Of a DNA stretch of 64,000 nucleotides, positions 38,834 to 49,765 are shown piece by piece. The translations under genes and the position numbers were made by a program. Each line of letters opens with the position of its first letter. Position 1 is the stretch's first letter. A model generated the notes under the pieces. That model was not told the DNA's origin, ran no database searches, and saw only the letters and a list, made by a program, of their open reading frames with translations. The DNA comes from a virus: IMG/VR virus record IMGVR_UViG_3300001598_000053, positions 1,029 through 65,028 of that record. The stretch is one strand, 5' to 3'.

Positions 38834-39964
38834 ATGATTGTTATAGGCGTGCTTGCACTATTGGCTGGCGTAGGCATTGGAATCTATAACTTAGTTGAAA
38901 ATGAAACTGGCAAAGGTTTTGCCGCATGTGCTGGAGTCATTCTTGTTCCAGTCATGCTATTATTTGGAAGCTTCAGATCTGTTGGAGCAAATCAGGTTGG
39001 TATTGTCTATGACGACCGATATGGTATTGTTGATGCTACTTATGGAGAAGGTTTTGGCACAAAGTCAATCTTTGAGCATATCACTACAATCAGCACAACA
39101 AATAGAACTGCCACAGTTACTACCACAGGTCAAACAAACGACGGTCAATACGCTACATTTGATTTGTCTTTAATTTATAAGATTGAAAAAGAAAACGCCG
39201 GCAAATTCTATCGAGTTACAGGCGATAAAGATATTGGAAAAGAAGATTTGGATTCACTAGTTAAAAAGTGCTTACAATCTTCTACAATTAATTATGATAT
39301 CTTCGCTTTACTATCAGAAGGGTTAGAAACTGCTCGTCTTGATTTCTACGATGATTTAAAAGCAGATATCTATGATGGACATAGATCTGACTACGAAAAC
39401 CAAAGAACACCATTAGAAAATAAGTTGAATACAGATAAAACGTTAACTGTCGAAGATATTTCAGAAATTAATAAGCAAATTATTAATAAGCAAATTAAAG
39501 ATTTAGATAGTAAAATTGAAACTGCCTCTGGATATTATATTACACTAGTGTCTGTATCATTTGATGATGTAGACGGCGGTGAGAAAGTAGAAGCAATTTT
39601 ACAAGCAAAAGCTGAAGCTGAACAGAGAATTCAGATTGCACAAAAAGAAGCAGAAGCTGCGATGATTACCGCTCAAAATCAAGCAGAAATTCAAAAGTTA
39701 TTAGCTGACGCTGCCGCTTATGCGACAAGAGTAGAAGGTGAAGCTAACGGTGAAGCTGCTAGTGCTTATGTTGATAAGATTATGGCAATGATTGATGACT
39801 TATATACAAATATGTCTGGAACATTGACTTATGAACAATGTGCACAAATTGTATTATCAATTATCTTCTATGATACTTGGGACGGCAAGTTACCAGAAGT
39901 TATGACTGGCGATGCTTTTGAGGGCTTGATTGGCGGCTTAATTGCTGGCACTGGTTCTTCTTGA
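38834..39964 (+). CDS. SPFH/band-7 (HflK/stomatin-like) membrane protein
   Basis: N-terminal TM, then SFRSVGANQVGIVYD SPFH-like core and C-terminal AEAEQRIQIAQKEAEAA coiled-coil typical of HflK/C. Confidence 0.5.
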   Translation: MIVIGVLALLAGVGIGIYNLVENETGKGFAACAGVILVPVMLLFGSFRSVGANQVGIVYDDRYGIVDATYGEGFGTKSIFEHITTISTTNRTATVTTTGQTNDGQYATFDLSLIYKIEKENAGKFYRVTGDKDIGKEDLDSLVKKCLQSSTINYDIFALLSEGLETARLDFYDDLKADIYDGHRSDYENQRTPLENKLNTDKTLTVEDISEINKQIINKQIKDLDSKIETASGYYITLVSVSFDDVDGGEKVEAILQAKAEAEQRIQIAQKEAEAAMITAQNQAEIQKLLADAAAYATRVEGEANGEAASAYVDKIMAMIDDLYTNMSGTLTYEQCAQIVLSIIFYDTWDGKLPEVMTGDAFEGLIGGLIAGTGSS

Positions 39965-40079
39965 GATTCAGGCTCTGGCTCAGGCGACTAGTTAAAAAAT
40001 TACAAAAGATCTGCAAAAGCAGGTCTTTTTATTTTATCTTTATTGTATAATATAATATAAAACAAAGGAGATTTGTATT

Positions 40080-40388
40080 ATGATTAGATATGATTTAATT
40101 TATACAACAGTAGATCATGATGGCAGAGTTGTTGTAGTGGATTTCAATGTTACAAAAGTAAATGACCAATCGGAGAGCCAAGCTGAGATGTTAGATAGAA
40201 AAGCTTTAGATAAAGCTAATGGCATGTATAGACTTAAATATTATATTAGCAAAAATGAGTCTATTGCAACCACAGCAACAAGAGCATATAGACTTGTGAC
40301 AGACCATATGCTTTTTGGAGATATTGAGTCAGATATTAAATCGATATATGTAGATGATACAGATGTCGTTGAATGGAGAGCAAAATAA
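40080..40388 (+). CDS. hypothetical protein
   Basis: SD AAAGGAGA. Confidence 0.55.
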   Translation: MIRYDLIYTTVDHDGRVVVVDFNVTKVNDQSESQAEMLDRKALDKANGMYRLKYYISKNESIATTATRAYRLVTDHMLFGDIESDIKSIYVDDTDVVEWRAK

Positions 40389-40403
40389 TATAGGAGACAA
40401 TAA

Positions 40404-40739
40404 ATGAAATTATATAAGATTATTGATTGCAAAACATCTGTGCAGAATGAAAAAGTAACTGTCGTAAAGGTTACAATTTTAGATATGCGAGATAGCTATG
40501 AAACTTATGAAGCTGTCGGAAAAGCTTTTAAGCATCCAAACGATTCATTTAGTGATAAAGTTGGATATCGACTTGCTAGAGCGAGAGCAATTAGATCTGC
40601 CCTTAAGAAAATGCGCGCAGATTATAAATGGAGAGTAGCTAGAGCATATGAAGTGCTTGACTTGGCTAATGACTTAAATCGTCAAATTGCAGACCAAGAA
40701 GATTTCATCAACATTCTAGCTGACAGACAGGAGAAGTAG
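40404..40739 (+). CDS. hypothetical protein
   Basis: SD AGGAGA. Confidence 0.55.
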   Translation: MKLYKIIDCKTSVQNEKVTVVKVTILDMRDSYETYEAVGKAFKHPNDSFSDKVGYRLARARAIRSALKKMRADYKWRVARAYEVLDLANDLNRQIADQEDFINILADRQEK

Positions 40740-40848
40740 ACATGGATATAATTATCTTATCTATAATTAGCATTGTTCTAGCTTCTGCTTCTCTATGCTT
40801 GCTTGTTGCCAATGCTATTTTAAGAATGAAAATTGAGGGCAAAAAATA

Positions 40849-41079
40849 ATGGAATATCTTGAAATTGATGATAAAACAGTAGAAGAATTAAAAACCATTA
40901 TTAAAAAATCAGATGAATATTTACCTTTAACAAGCAGAGAAATAAGCATGTTATTTTTTTGGTCAAGAAACCGAGACAATCCTAGTTTGGAAGAAGTAAC
41001 CAATTTTGCCAATAAGTTAGAAAAATCACATAAGCAAAAAAGAAAATATTATTTTAGGAGAAAAAAGAATAGTGAGTGA
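40849..41079 (+). CDS. hypothetical protein
   Basis: SD GAGGG. Confidence 0.45.
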   Translation: MEYLEIDDKTVEELKTIIKKSDEYLPLTSREISMLFFWSRNRDNPSLEEVTNFANKLEKSHKQKRKYYFRRKKNSE

Positions 41080-41287
41080 AACAAAAGTAAAAGCTATAGC
41101 AGCATATTCTGCTAGCATAGTATTTACAATTCAAATTGCTTTTATTATTTTAAAATTAATCAATATCATAAACTGGGCATGGTATATTGTATTATTGCCA
41201 ACTATAATAGTTGGGTGCTTGGCATTATGCTTGTTTATACTTGCCATGTTTTGTGTAATGATTGCAGCTGGAAGGAGCGATAATTAA
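41072..41287 (+). CDS. small hydrophobic membrane protein
   Basis: GTG start overlapping upstream; two TM helices. Confidence 0.4.
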   Translation: MSETKVKAIAAYSASIVFTIQIAFIILKLINIINWAWYIVLLPTIIVGCLALCLFILAMFCVMIAAGRSDN

Positions 41288-41550
41288 TGGAAAACACAGA
41301 AGAAAAAAGAATTAAAAAACTAACACAGGATGCTTTAGATTATATTATTTCTAAGATCGATTCTTGTGCAGCGGACGATTCAAAATTAACAGAAGCATAC
41401 AATTTAGTTAAAGATGCTATTGATGCTTTACCTGAACCAAATCAGACTCTTGTAAAGATTTATATGCCTACAGACGTGTATGAATTGCCAGAGGTTAAAG
41501 AGGCATTCAACAATCTAAGTGAATCTCTTAATCGTGAGCCAGAGGAGTAG
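41287..41550 (+). CDS. hypothetical protein
   Basis: SD GGAAGGAG; ATGA-type overlap. Confidence 0.5.
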   Translation: MENTEEKRIKKLTQDALDYIISKIDSCAADDSKLTEAYNLVKDAIDALPEPNQTLVKIYMPTDVYELPEVKEAFNNLSESLNREPEE

Positions 41551-41555
41551 AATGC

Positions 41556-42026
41556 ATGAAAATTATTAAAGATGGAAAAGATTTTCGAACAGAGATAGTT
41601 AATAACTATAAGTTAGTCTGTGATAATTGTGATTGCGAGTTTGAGTTCACGCGCGCTGACGCTGAGTCTTTGTCTAAGATGATCAATGGAGGCTGAACTG
41701 TTCGATGCCCATATTGTGGCAAAATATTAGGATTTTCAAAAGCAAATGAGATCGGCACATCAGAAGAAAAAATTAAAATTCAAAAATTTACAAAAATAAA
41801 CTTACAATTGCAGCCTACTGTTGAGCCTTACACCTATCTTAACCCATATAAGAAAAATCATTGTACTGATTGTCCAAATAATCCAGCAAATGGTTCAAAT
41901 CATTTGACAATTGGAGATTCTCCATGTCAGTGGTGTCAATATGGAACGAGACCAACTTGCATAACAAATGAATCTAGCCAAACAGCATGCAATAATTTAT
42001 TAGATAAGTATGATTCAGAATTATAA
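41556..42026 (+). CDS. zinc-ribbon protein interrupted by in-frame TGA (41694-41696)
   Basis: SD AGAGGAG; CDNCDC before and CPYCGK after the TGA, in the same frame; no start/ribosome-binding site after the TGA. Confidence 0.45.
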
Positions 42027-42347
42027 TTGGAGATTTATGAAAATATGAAATTATATGAAGTTATTTTTCAAGACGAATACAATAATTTGTACCAATTAGG
42101 TTATTACAAATCTCTTTCTGACTCTATTAATGATATCAATAGCGAATTAGATTCTTATGGGGTAGCTATTAATGCAGACGATTTAGTGGAGTATCCAAGC
42201 ACATTTAACATGTGTTTTGATGCTTGCATTGGAGATTTAGTCGATGAAAAGATTTTAGACGAACATGAAGAAGTTTCTAGTTTGTATATTAGAGGATTTA
42301 TATTAGATTCTGACAGTTTATTAGAGGTTATTAATAATGGTAATTAA
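42027..42347 (+). CDS. hypothetical protein
   Basis: ORF (start possibly ATG 42045). Confidence 0.45.
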   Translation: MEIYENMKLYEVIFQDEYNNLYQLGYYKSLSDSINDINSELDSYGVAINADDLVEYPSTFNMCFDACIGDLVDEKILDEHEEVSSLYIRGFILDSDSLLEVINNGN

Positions 42348-42798
42348 TTGGGATGAATATTTTTTAGGCGTAGCGAAATTATCTGCGCTTAGGTCAAAGG
42401 ATCCTAATACACAAGTAGGAGCTTGTATCATAAATAATAGAAAGAAAATTGTTGGTGTTGGATATAATGGTTTTCCTACTGGCTGTGCAGACTCAATCTT
42501 TCCGTGGTCAAATCAGGGAGATAGAATCAATACAAAGTATCCGTACGTTGTCCATGCTGAAATGAATGCTATTCTAAATTCAACAACATCTCTAGAAAAT
42601 GGAACTATATATGTTACTTTATTTCCATGTTGCGAGTGTGCAAAAGCAATTATCCAAACAGGGATAAAAGAAGTAGTGTATTGCAGAAATTATAAAGATG
42701 ACGAGAGTAATTTTGCTTCTAAGAAGATGTTTGACGCAGCCGGAGTCAAATATAGAAAAATTAATGAAATCGAAATTGAGCTGCTAAAAAAAGAATAA
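42337..42798 (+). CDS. dCMP deaminase
   Basis: GYNGFPTG, HAEMNAI and PCCECAKAI zinc-binding motifs. Confidence 0.85.
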   Translation: MVINWDEYFLGVAKLSALRSKDPNTQVGACIINNRKKIVGVGYNGFPTGCADSIFPWSNQGDRINTKYPYVVHAEMNAILNSTTSLENGTIYVTLFPCCECAKAIIQTGIKEVVYCRNYKDDESNFASKKMFDAAGVKYRKINEIEIELLKKE

Positions 42799-42894
42799 AA
42801 ATAAGCTGAGAAATCAGCTTTTTATTTTACTAGTTTTATATATTAAAACTGTATATTATAATAGAACCACTACTTATTTAGGAGGAATGTTATT

Positions 42895-43134
42895 ATGATG
42901 TCTTTGGATACTCTTGTCAATTCAATCAGGGCACAAGAAAAAATTGAATTTAATGGAAAAGAATACGTGCTAAAAAATGTTATCGTTGCATCTGACTCAA
43001 ACGTTTTGCGTGCAAATTTGCATTTAAGCTCATGCGAATTTCCAAATGTTGACATGTATGTTGAGATTGTTTCGGTAGTCAGAGAGAACACAAATTTTCA
43101 TTTAGATCAAATTTCTTGCAGAGTGGAGAAATAA
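42895..43134 (+). CDS. hypothetical protein
   Basis: SD AGGAGG. Confidence 0.55.
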   Translation: MMSLDTLVNSIRAQEKIEFNGKEYVLKNVIVASDSNVLRANLHLSSCEFPNVDMYVEIVSVVRENTNFHLDQISCRVEK

Positions 43135-43137
43135 ATT

Positions 43138-43374
43138 ATGTATGGATTAGATATAAAAATTTCGCTTGCAGCTAGGAAGTTAGAAGAATTAGCAGATAAA
43201 GTGCTATCACTTGAGGAGTTAAAAAAAGAAAACAAATTAGATTCTGAAGGTGAAAAAATGCTCATCTCTTTGAAGGAAGAAAAAGAAGCTGTAAGCAAGG
43301 AATTTGATTATTATTATAAGCTTATGGCTGAGGAAGCAGATTTTATTGCGGCTGCTGCCGATTGTTTTGAATAA
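43138..43374 (+). CDS. hypothetical coiled-coil protein
   Basis: SD GGAGA; coupled. Confidence 0.5.
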   Translation: MYGLDIKISLAARKLEELADKVLSLEELKKENKLDSEGEKMLISLKEEKEAVSKEFDYYYKLMAEEADFIAAAADCFE

Positions 43375-43639
43375 TTTATTTAAAATATATAAAAAAATAT
43401 AAATTATATCGTATATTAATAATGTGAGGCGATAACACATAACACCAAATAGAGAACCTAGACTTATTTCTTCATACAAATAATAGGAAATTAATTATCA
43501 ATTTGTCCTTCACCGCAGTTGAGCAAATTGAATGAAACTAGTTAGGTCGATTATGTCATTTAGCGTTAGCGGTTCGTAAAAGCACTAAATGATTATAATC
43601 CATCAGTCTCTAAGTTGATTAAAGAAGGAGAATCAATTT

Positions 43640-45583
43640 ATGACAAATTTAGTAAACATTTTAACAGCAAGACACTATGTAGTTAATGGAAAGCAAGCAG
43701 ATAAGACAACTGCTGCCTATTTTAATGCATATCTTTTATCTAACTTTGGTATTGTTTTAGACAAGCCAGATTATGCTGACCACAAGGTTGTTGAAGCAAT
43801 TGCTAAGACTTATAATCTTACTGTTCCAGCATCATTTTATAAAAACCCACAAGATACAAAATATTTCACAAAGAGTGAACTTTTTGTTGAGCAATTAGTT
43901 TCTTATTTTGTCTATGAAATGGGAAATTATGATGTTGCAAGACTCGAGGTCTTTAAGAAAGATTTACCAGAATACACAAAAGGCAATGAACTTGTTTTAC
44001 GTGAATTCAAGGTATTAACATCCGATGAAGAGATTTCTACAGTATTAAAAGACATAGTTTCTGCTTATTGCGCTTACACTAGACCTTTTGGTTTAGATGA
44101 GTTAGAAGAATTTACATATTTATATGATAATGGTTTCTATTCTGATGAATATGTTGCATGTAAAGATAATGCTATTTCTATGCTTGACAAAAGTGTTAAA
44201 TTTGCAAGATTCTTAGACAAGAAGGACCTTGTTAAGCTGTCTGTTAAGTCTTTTGGTGAAAGAAAAGAATTAGATTCTTTTGTTGCGGCAGACAAGAAGA
44301 GCTTAGCTTTAATCAAAGCTTGCATGCCACTTGTAAAAGACTGTGCTATGTCTAAAAAGCAAGCAAAGTACTACAACAAGTTAGCTGCTATGTGTAGATA
44401 TGATGTTAAGAAAGCAACAAATGTTGAGTCTCCTTATAGATTAGCTAAGATTGCTTTAGATAATGGAAATATTCTTGAAGCGGCTAAAATCTATGCTGAT
44501 AATGGTTCTTTATTAGAAAGAAACATCAAAATGCTTTTATCAAGAGCTAATCCATTTGAAGCTGTTGAGATTTTAAATATGCTTCCAGCAAAAAATCCAA
44601 TTGCATTATATCAAATGGTTTCTGCTTTATCTGAAGATGATGGCTCAGCTAGAACTTTTACATTCACAAAGAATAATAAAGTTAAAAAGCATGTTGAGAC
44701 TGAATTTGAGGCTAAGTATAGAAAGTCTAATTTAAATGACTCTACAAGAAAGTTTTTACATGATACTTGTTTTGACAAGATTGATAGCTACTATTCTTCA
44801 TTAGAGTCATTAGGTAAGATTTATTTATCTGAAGACTTCTATAACTTAGGCGTTCCAACAAACACATCTGCTGGTGGAAAAGGAATTGATACTTTGCCTA
44901 CTGGTTCAAGAATCAAATGTCCATTTAAAAATATCAGATCTTTCGTTTATTGGAAAAACGTTTTCGATATAGATGCATCATTGACATTGGTTTATGCAAA
45001 TGGAAGAACTGAAATTGTTTATTTTGGTAACTATGCTCATAGCATGTCAAATGCTATCAGATTCTCTGGCGATGACCGCAGGTCATCTGGAGCAGAATAT
45101 TATGATTTAAACTTAGACCTTCTTGAAAAAGCTGGTATTAAGCAAGTATTATTCCACTTCAATGGCTTTGGCGGAAAGTTAAACCAAGGTGAAATCTACT
45201 GTGGTTATCAAAATAAAGCAGACTTAGATACAGAAGCTTGGGATCCAAAGAATATTGCTATGCAAATTCACGTTAAAGGTGATTCTCGCGCAGCTTTAGG
45301 TTTTGCAGTTGACTTAGCAACACGCGAAGTCGTTGTAATTAATCAAATGCTCGAATCTGGTGGTAGAGTTATGAATCCTGCAGACATTGATGTAGTTAAG
45401 AAAGTAATGTCTAGCTCATTCTTAGAATTGAACATGGGCAGAATCTTAGCTCACCGCGGCGAACTTGTTTCTTCTCCTGAAGAAGCAGATATCGTCTTTG
45501 ACGATTCTTATAAGCCAACTGAAGGCCAAAGTGTTGTAAGAACTTACGAGCTTGAAAAACTCGTAAGCTTCACAAATGCTTAA
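43640..45583 (+). CDS. large hypothetical protein (647 aa)
   Basis: SD AAGGAGA; no motif recognised. Confidence 0.6.
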   Translation: MTNLVNILTARHYVVNGKQADKTTAAYFNAYLLSNFGIVLDKPDYADHKVVEAIAKTYNLTVPASFYKNPQDTKYFTKSELFVEQLVSYFVYEMGNYDVARLEVFKKDLPEYTKGNELVLREFKVLTSDEEISTVLKDIVSAYCAYTRPFGLDELEEFTYLYDNGFYSDEYVACKDNAISMLDKSVKFARFLDKKDLVKLSVKSFGERKELDSFVAADKKSLALIKACMPLVKDCAMSKKQAKYYNKLAAMCRYDVKKATNVESPYRLAKIALDNGNILEAAKIYADNGSLLERNIKMLLSRANPFEAVEILNMLPAKNPIALYQMVSALSEDDGSARTFTFTKNNKVKKHVETEFEAKYRKSNLNDSTRKFLHDTCFDKIDSYYSSLESLGKIYLSEDFYNLGVPTNTSAGGKGIDTLPTGSRIKCPFKNIRSFVYWKNVFDIDASLTLVYANGRTEIVYFGNYAHSMSNAIRFSGDDRRSSGAEYYDLNLDLLEKAGIKQVLFHFNGFGGKLNQGEIYCGYQNKADLDTEAWDPKNIAMQIHVKGDSRAALGFAVDLATREVVVINQMLESGGRVMNPADIDVVKKVMSSSFLELNMGRILAHRGELVSSPEEADIVFDDSYKPTEGQSVVRTYELEKLVSFTNA

Positions 45584-45592
45584 GGTGATCGT

Positions 45593-45760
45593 ATGAGCGA
45601 AGCAGTAGAAACATTAATTCTTCTAAATAGAAGAGTTGAAAGATTGAACGAAGAGTATCTAACTGATGCTCCAAGTATAGTTAAGGAATTAGAGCTTAAA
45701 CTCATCATAGATGAATGTGAAAAGCTCTTAAATAGATTGCAAAAATCTAAAAATAAGTAA
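45593..45760 (+). CDS. small hypothetical protein (55 aa)
   Basis: ORF below track threshold; SD AAGGTGA. Confidence 0.35.
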   Translation: MSEAVETLILLNRRVERLNEEYLTDAPSIVKELELKLIIDECEKLLNRLQKSKNK

Positions 45761-45780
45761 TTTAAAAAGGGAGAAAACAG

Positions 45781-46137
45781 ATGTTTAAATTAGTTAGAGA
45801 CAACATTCCAGAAATCATGGCAAAAGAAGGCCAAGTCTGTGACGTAGCAGTTGCTCAATCAGACGAATTTTTCTTAAAATTATTAAATGGCAAATTAGTT
45901 GAAGAAGTAAATGAATATTTCTCTTCTCTTGCTGACGCTGACAAAGCATTAAATGAGTTAGTTGATATCATGACTGTCATTGGTGCATTAGCTGTAGCAA
46001 CTGGCCACACTCAAGAAGAATTCCAAGAAGCATATGCTGCAAAAATGAAAGAACGCGGCGGTTTCTCAAAGCGTTTAATCGGTTTCTTCCCTGACCAAGC
46101 ACCAGCTAAACAAGCTCAATCAGAACAAGAAAATTAA
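45781..46137 (+). CDS. MazG-like nucleotide pyrophosphohydrolase
   Basis: MFKLVRDNIPEI N-terminus and all-alpha EExxE-type region typical of the MazG/HisE family; SD GGGAGA. Confidence 0.6.
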   Translation: MFKLVRDNIPEIMAKEGQVCDVAVAQSDEFFLKLLNGKLVEEVNEYFSSLADADKALNELVDIMTVIGALAVATGHTQEEFQEAYAAKMKERGGFSKRLIGFFPDQAPAKQAQSEQEN

Positions 46138-46190
46138 TTACAATAGATAGACAAAACTGACGCCTAATAAGGCGTCTTTTTTACTATATA

Positions 46191-47183
46191 GTGGATACAG
46201 ATGGATTAAAAGAATCTTTAGACACTATTGTAGATGAGCTTGGCGGTGAATCGCCAGCACTTCCATCAAGAGATAGACTAAAGGATTATTTAGATGTAAT
46301 TATTGAGTGTCTTCAGCACGGCGGTGGTGGAGGAGAAGGAACCGTTGTTATTGCAAACCCAACTCTAGATGGTAGCGAAGACAGCCTAATTGGAATTAAG
46401 ATTGCTGGAACAAAATATAAAGTATCAGCTTCTCAACCTATTCCAACAAATTTGGTAACAACTGATTCTGTGCAAGAAATAACCGCAGAAAAAACATTTT
46501 CAGCTGGTGCAAAAACAAATGAGTTATTAGCCGGTGATTATTATATCAGTGGGAATGATCTTGCAGTAAAACGTCCTAATTCTGATGAGTTCGATGTCAT
46601 TATTAATGATATATCAGAGACAGAGCAAACAACTTTTGGACACATGTTTAACGACACCACAAATACAGCTTATATTGGTGGTGATACTGAAAATCCAAAA
46701 TATGTAACTCAAGAAGGTGAAGAAACAAAAATATATGATATCGCGTTAAAATCAGATTTACCAGACGTGTCTACTTTTGTAACAAAAGATACGGATAGCC
46801 TAACAAATTATACTAAAACTATTGACCTATCAATAGTCGCAACATCTGGCTCATACAATGATTTAGCTGACAAGCCAACAATCCCATCGATTGAAGGTCT
46901 TGCGACAGAAACATATGTAAATGAATATCATGACGGCACAAAACAGGATATTATTGATGCAGCTCACAAATTAGATTATTCTTTGCTTTCTAATACTCCA
47001 ACGATTACAGCTGTTGAGGCAAATCCAACTGCTGAAGCTACAGCTGAGTTAAGTAAATTAAAGGTTGGTGACAGCGTTTATAGACTCTCAGGCGGCGGCC
47101 AAACAGACATTGGGTTATCTATTGTCGACGGCTTAATATGCTGTACATATGAAGAAGCCTCAGAAGAAGGAGGTAATGAATAA
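46191..47183 (+). CDS. putative tail fibre/structural protein
   Basis: ORF (GTG start); GGGGGEG tract; adjacent to collagen-like fibre genes. Confidence 0.45.
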   Translation: MDTDGLKESLDTIVDELGGESPALPSRDRLKDYLDVIIECLQHGGGGGEGTVVIANPTLDGSEDSLIGIKIAGTKYKVSASQPIPTNLVTTDSVQEITAEKTFSAGAKTNELLAGDYYISGNDLAVKRPNSDEFDVIINDISETEQTTFGHMFNDTTNTAYIGGDTENPKYVTQEGEETKIYDIALKSDLPDVSTFVTKDTDSLTNYTKTIDLSIVATSGSYNDLADKPTIPSIEGLATETYVNEYHDGTKQDIIDAAHKLDYSLLSNTPTITAVEANPTAEATAELSKLKVGDSVYRLSGGGQTDIGLSIVDGLICCTYEEASEEGGNE

Positions 47184-47788
47184 TGGCACAAGTAACAAAA
47201 CCAATTTTATTAAATGAAACTGGTATCTCAATTAAAGAACAATTAGAAGCGCCTGTTCAAAAAGCCATTGTTCTTAGAGGTCCAAAAGGTGATACTGGAA
47301 CAAGTATCACAAAAATAGAAAAAACATCCACAGAAGGATTAATAGACACATATACAATAACCTTTTCGGACAATACAACAACCACTTTTACGGTTGCAAA
47401 TGGCGAAAAAGGCGACAAAGGTGACACTGGAGATAAAGGCGAAACTGGTGAAACAGGTCCTCAAGGTCCAGTGCCACTTGCTATTTATCGTAATTTCATT
47501 GACACACGTGAAATAGGCGCGACCGTAACAATTTCATTAAATACATTTAATAGAACTCCTATTATTGGAGATATGGCAATGAATGTTGATGGCAGTGGAA
47601 ATTTCTGCACATGGCTAGTTATTGATGTAACAGCAACTAATGCTACTATAGAATTAAAAGCAATGATTAGTATTAAGGGTCCAAAAGGCGATAAAGGTGA
47701 TCCAGGTATGACAAAAGCAGAAATAGAGTCTTATATTGGTGCTTATATTTCTACCCACTATGAAGATGCAGATAAAGGAGCTTATTAA
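47183..47788 (+). CDS. collagen-like repeat (G-X-Y) tail fibre protein
   Basis: GEKGDKGDTGDKGETGETGPQGP and GPKGDKGDPG repeats; SD AGGAGGT. Confidence 0.6.
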   Translation: MAQVTKPILLNETGISIKEQLEAPVQKAIVLRGPKGDTGTSITKIEKTSTEGLIDTYTITFSDNTTTTFTVANGEKGDKGDTGDKGETGETGPQGPVPLAIYRNFIDTREIGATVTISLNTFNRTPIIGDMAMNVDGSGNFCTWLVIDVTATNATIELKAMISIKGPKGDKGDPGMTKAEIESYIGAYISTHYEDADKGAY

Positions 47789-47790
47789 TT

Positions 47791-49557
47791 ATGAAAGACA
47801 AAGCATTTATTAGCACTTCACACTTAGTTTTAATCGGAGACGCAATTAGACTAAAGGAACAGTCAACTGAAGCTGTGCCAGTTTCTGAAATGGCTGATAG
47901 AATAAAGAATATAAAGACCGCAGCTGGCTTACAAATCATAATGAATGATCACATAGACGAAGATGGCAAATGGCAAAAACCTGCTGATTGGGATGATATT
48001 GAGAGCATGGACCTTACTGGTCAAAATGTCTGTTATATTTTATGCGGCACTAAATTGCTGGCCAACTCATATGCAGAATTTTATACTGATTACGAAGGAA
48101 CTTGCAAGGGTTCTTATGGACACATATCTGATGGAGTATTTACAATTTATCCCGGCACAGAAGAAACAGTGATCAATAGCTCAACAAAGAGATATGGCGT
48201 AGACCTTGAGACATTGCAGCCAACAGACGACTATATTGTTGTAAAAATTGAAAGCACTGGTGCACTAAAACAGGTCAAAACTTCAAATTCAACAGAATTA
48301 TCAGGCAGTAAGCCATACACTACCGCGAACACATGCTGTGTATTGATGAGATACGCAAGATTTACAAAAGCAAACAACTTATGTTTTAATAGCTATTTCC
48401 TAGAAAGTGATAGACTTGTTGATTGTGGTATAGATATTAGAGATACAACAAATGTTATAACAATGTCTGGAATGTACCAAAACAACTATCATTTACAGCG
48501 TATTGATTGGGGCGATTTTAACCCAGCTAGACATAAAATAACATCATTTAATTATATGTTTGCAAGTTGTTATCACCTTACTGATGTTCCAGACCCACTA
48601 AATATGACGGGCTGGGTAACATCGAACTGTACAAAATTAGATTCAATGTTCCAGAACTGCTTCTGTTTAAAATCAGAACTAATTGTTAAGAACTGGGATG
48701 TTACAAAAGTTACAAGTATGCAATCTTTTTTAAATAACGCTAGAAGCGTTTCTAAATTAACTGGTTTTGATACTTGGACTACAGCTCCAGTCTGCACAAC
48801 AATTGCAAACTTCGCAACCAATGCATACAGCATATCCGGAATACTAGATTTTTCAAAATTAGCGTTTACAGATAAGTTATCTTGCTCATTAGCAAGTGCA
48901 TTCGTATACACTTACAGATTGGATAAGATTATCTTTAATAAATGTAATTTTTCTAATATTACAAGTATGGGAAGCGTATTCCAATATTCAGGAGTAAAAG
49001 AAGTAGTTTGGGATACAGACTTTATTGCCCCTGGTGCAAAATGCGCAACATTTGGAACAATGTTCGCTTCGTGCACTTGAATAAAAGAAGTTATATTTGA
49101 CGGATGGAACTTCTCTTATGCAACAGGCAGTAGAACATTAGGCAATATGGTCAGCGGTGCACATAGTATGGATAAGATAGTATTCAAAAATAATATTTAT
49201 CCTACCGCTTATAAAGATGATGGAGCCAATGCTAGCCCATTATATCAATGTACAACAATGATATATGCTGATTTTTCAGAATTTGATATGAACACTTGCA
49301 CAACAAAAACAAATATGCATCTATCTCTTGTTGATAGCTGCACAATGTTGCAAGAATTTTATCCACCACAGCATTTAAGCAAAAGCATAAAATTAAGTGC
49401 ATCAACAATGTTATCACATGATTCTCTAATTAGGGTAATAAACAATCTCGATACTGTTACGACTGCCACAACATTAACATTAGGAGCAATAAATCTTGCT
49501 AAACTTACAGATGAAGAAAAAGCAATGGCAACAACGAAAGGATGGACGTTAGCATAA
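47791..49557 (+). CDS. repeat-containing (LRR/BspA-like) tail protein with in-frame TGA at 49078-49080
   Basis: ORFs 47791-49080 and 49147-49557 share one frame; the periodic MFxxC...W repeat continues across the TGA; no ribosome-binding site for the downstream part. Confidence 0.5.
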
Positions 49558-49765
49558 TATGAAAACACGTGAAACAAAATACTTTATAGAGTTGTCGCCA
49601 GCTGTTGGCATGAGACTTACAAATAAAGAAAAAACAGAGGTATATGAATCAAATATATATATATCTACCAAAAAACGCGGCTTTATATACAAATATAGAT
49701 AGTTATATAGAGATTACAGAAGAAGAAGCACAGCAAATTATTGCTACTATTGAAGGAGAGTAACT

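Noticed and set aside
49559-49765. ORF track gap between fibre genes: possible 41-aa ORF MNQIYIYLPKNAALYTNIDSYIEITEEEAQQIIATIEGE
   Set aside because: Very weak ribosome-binding site and below size threshold; reported here only as a possibility.
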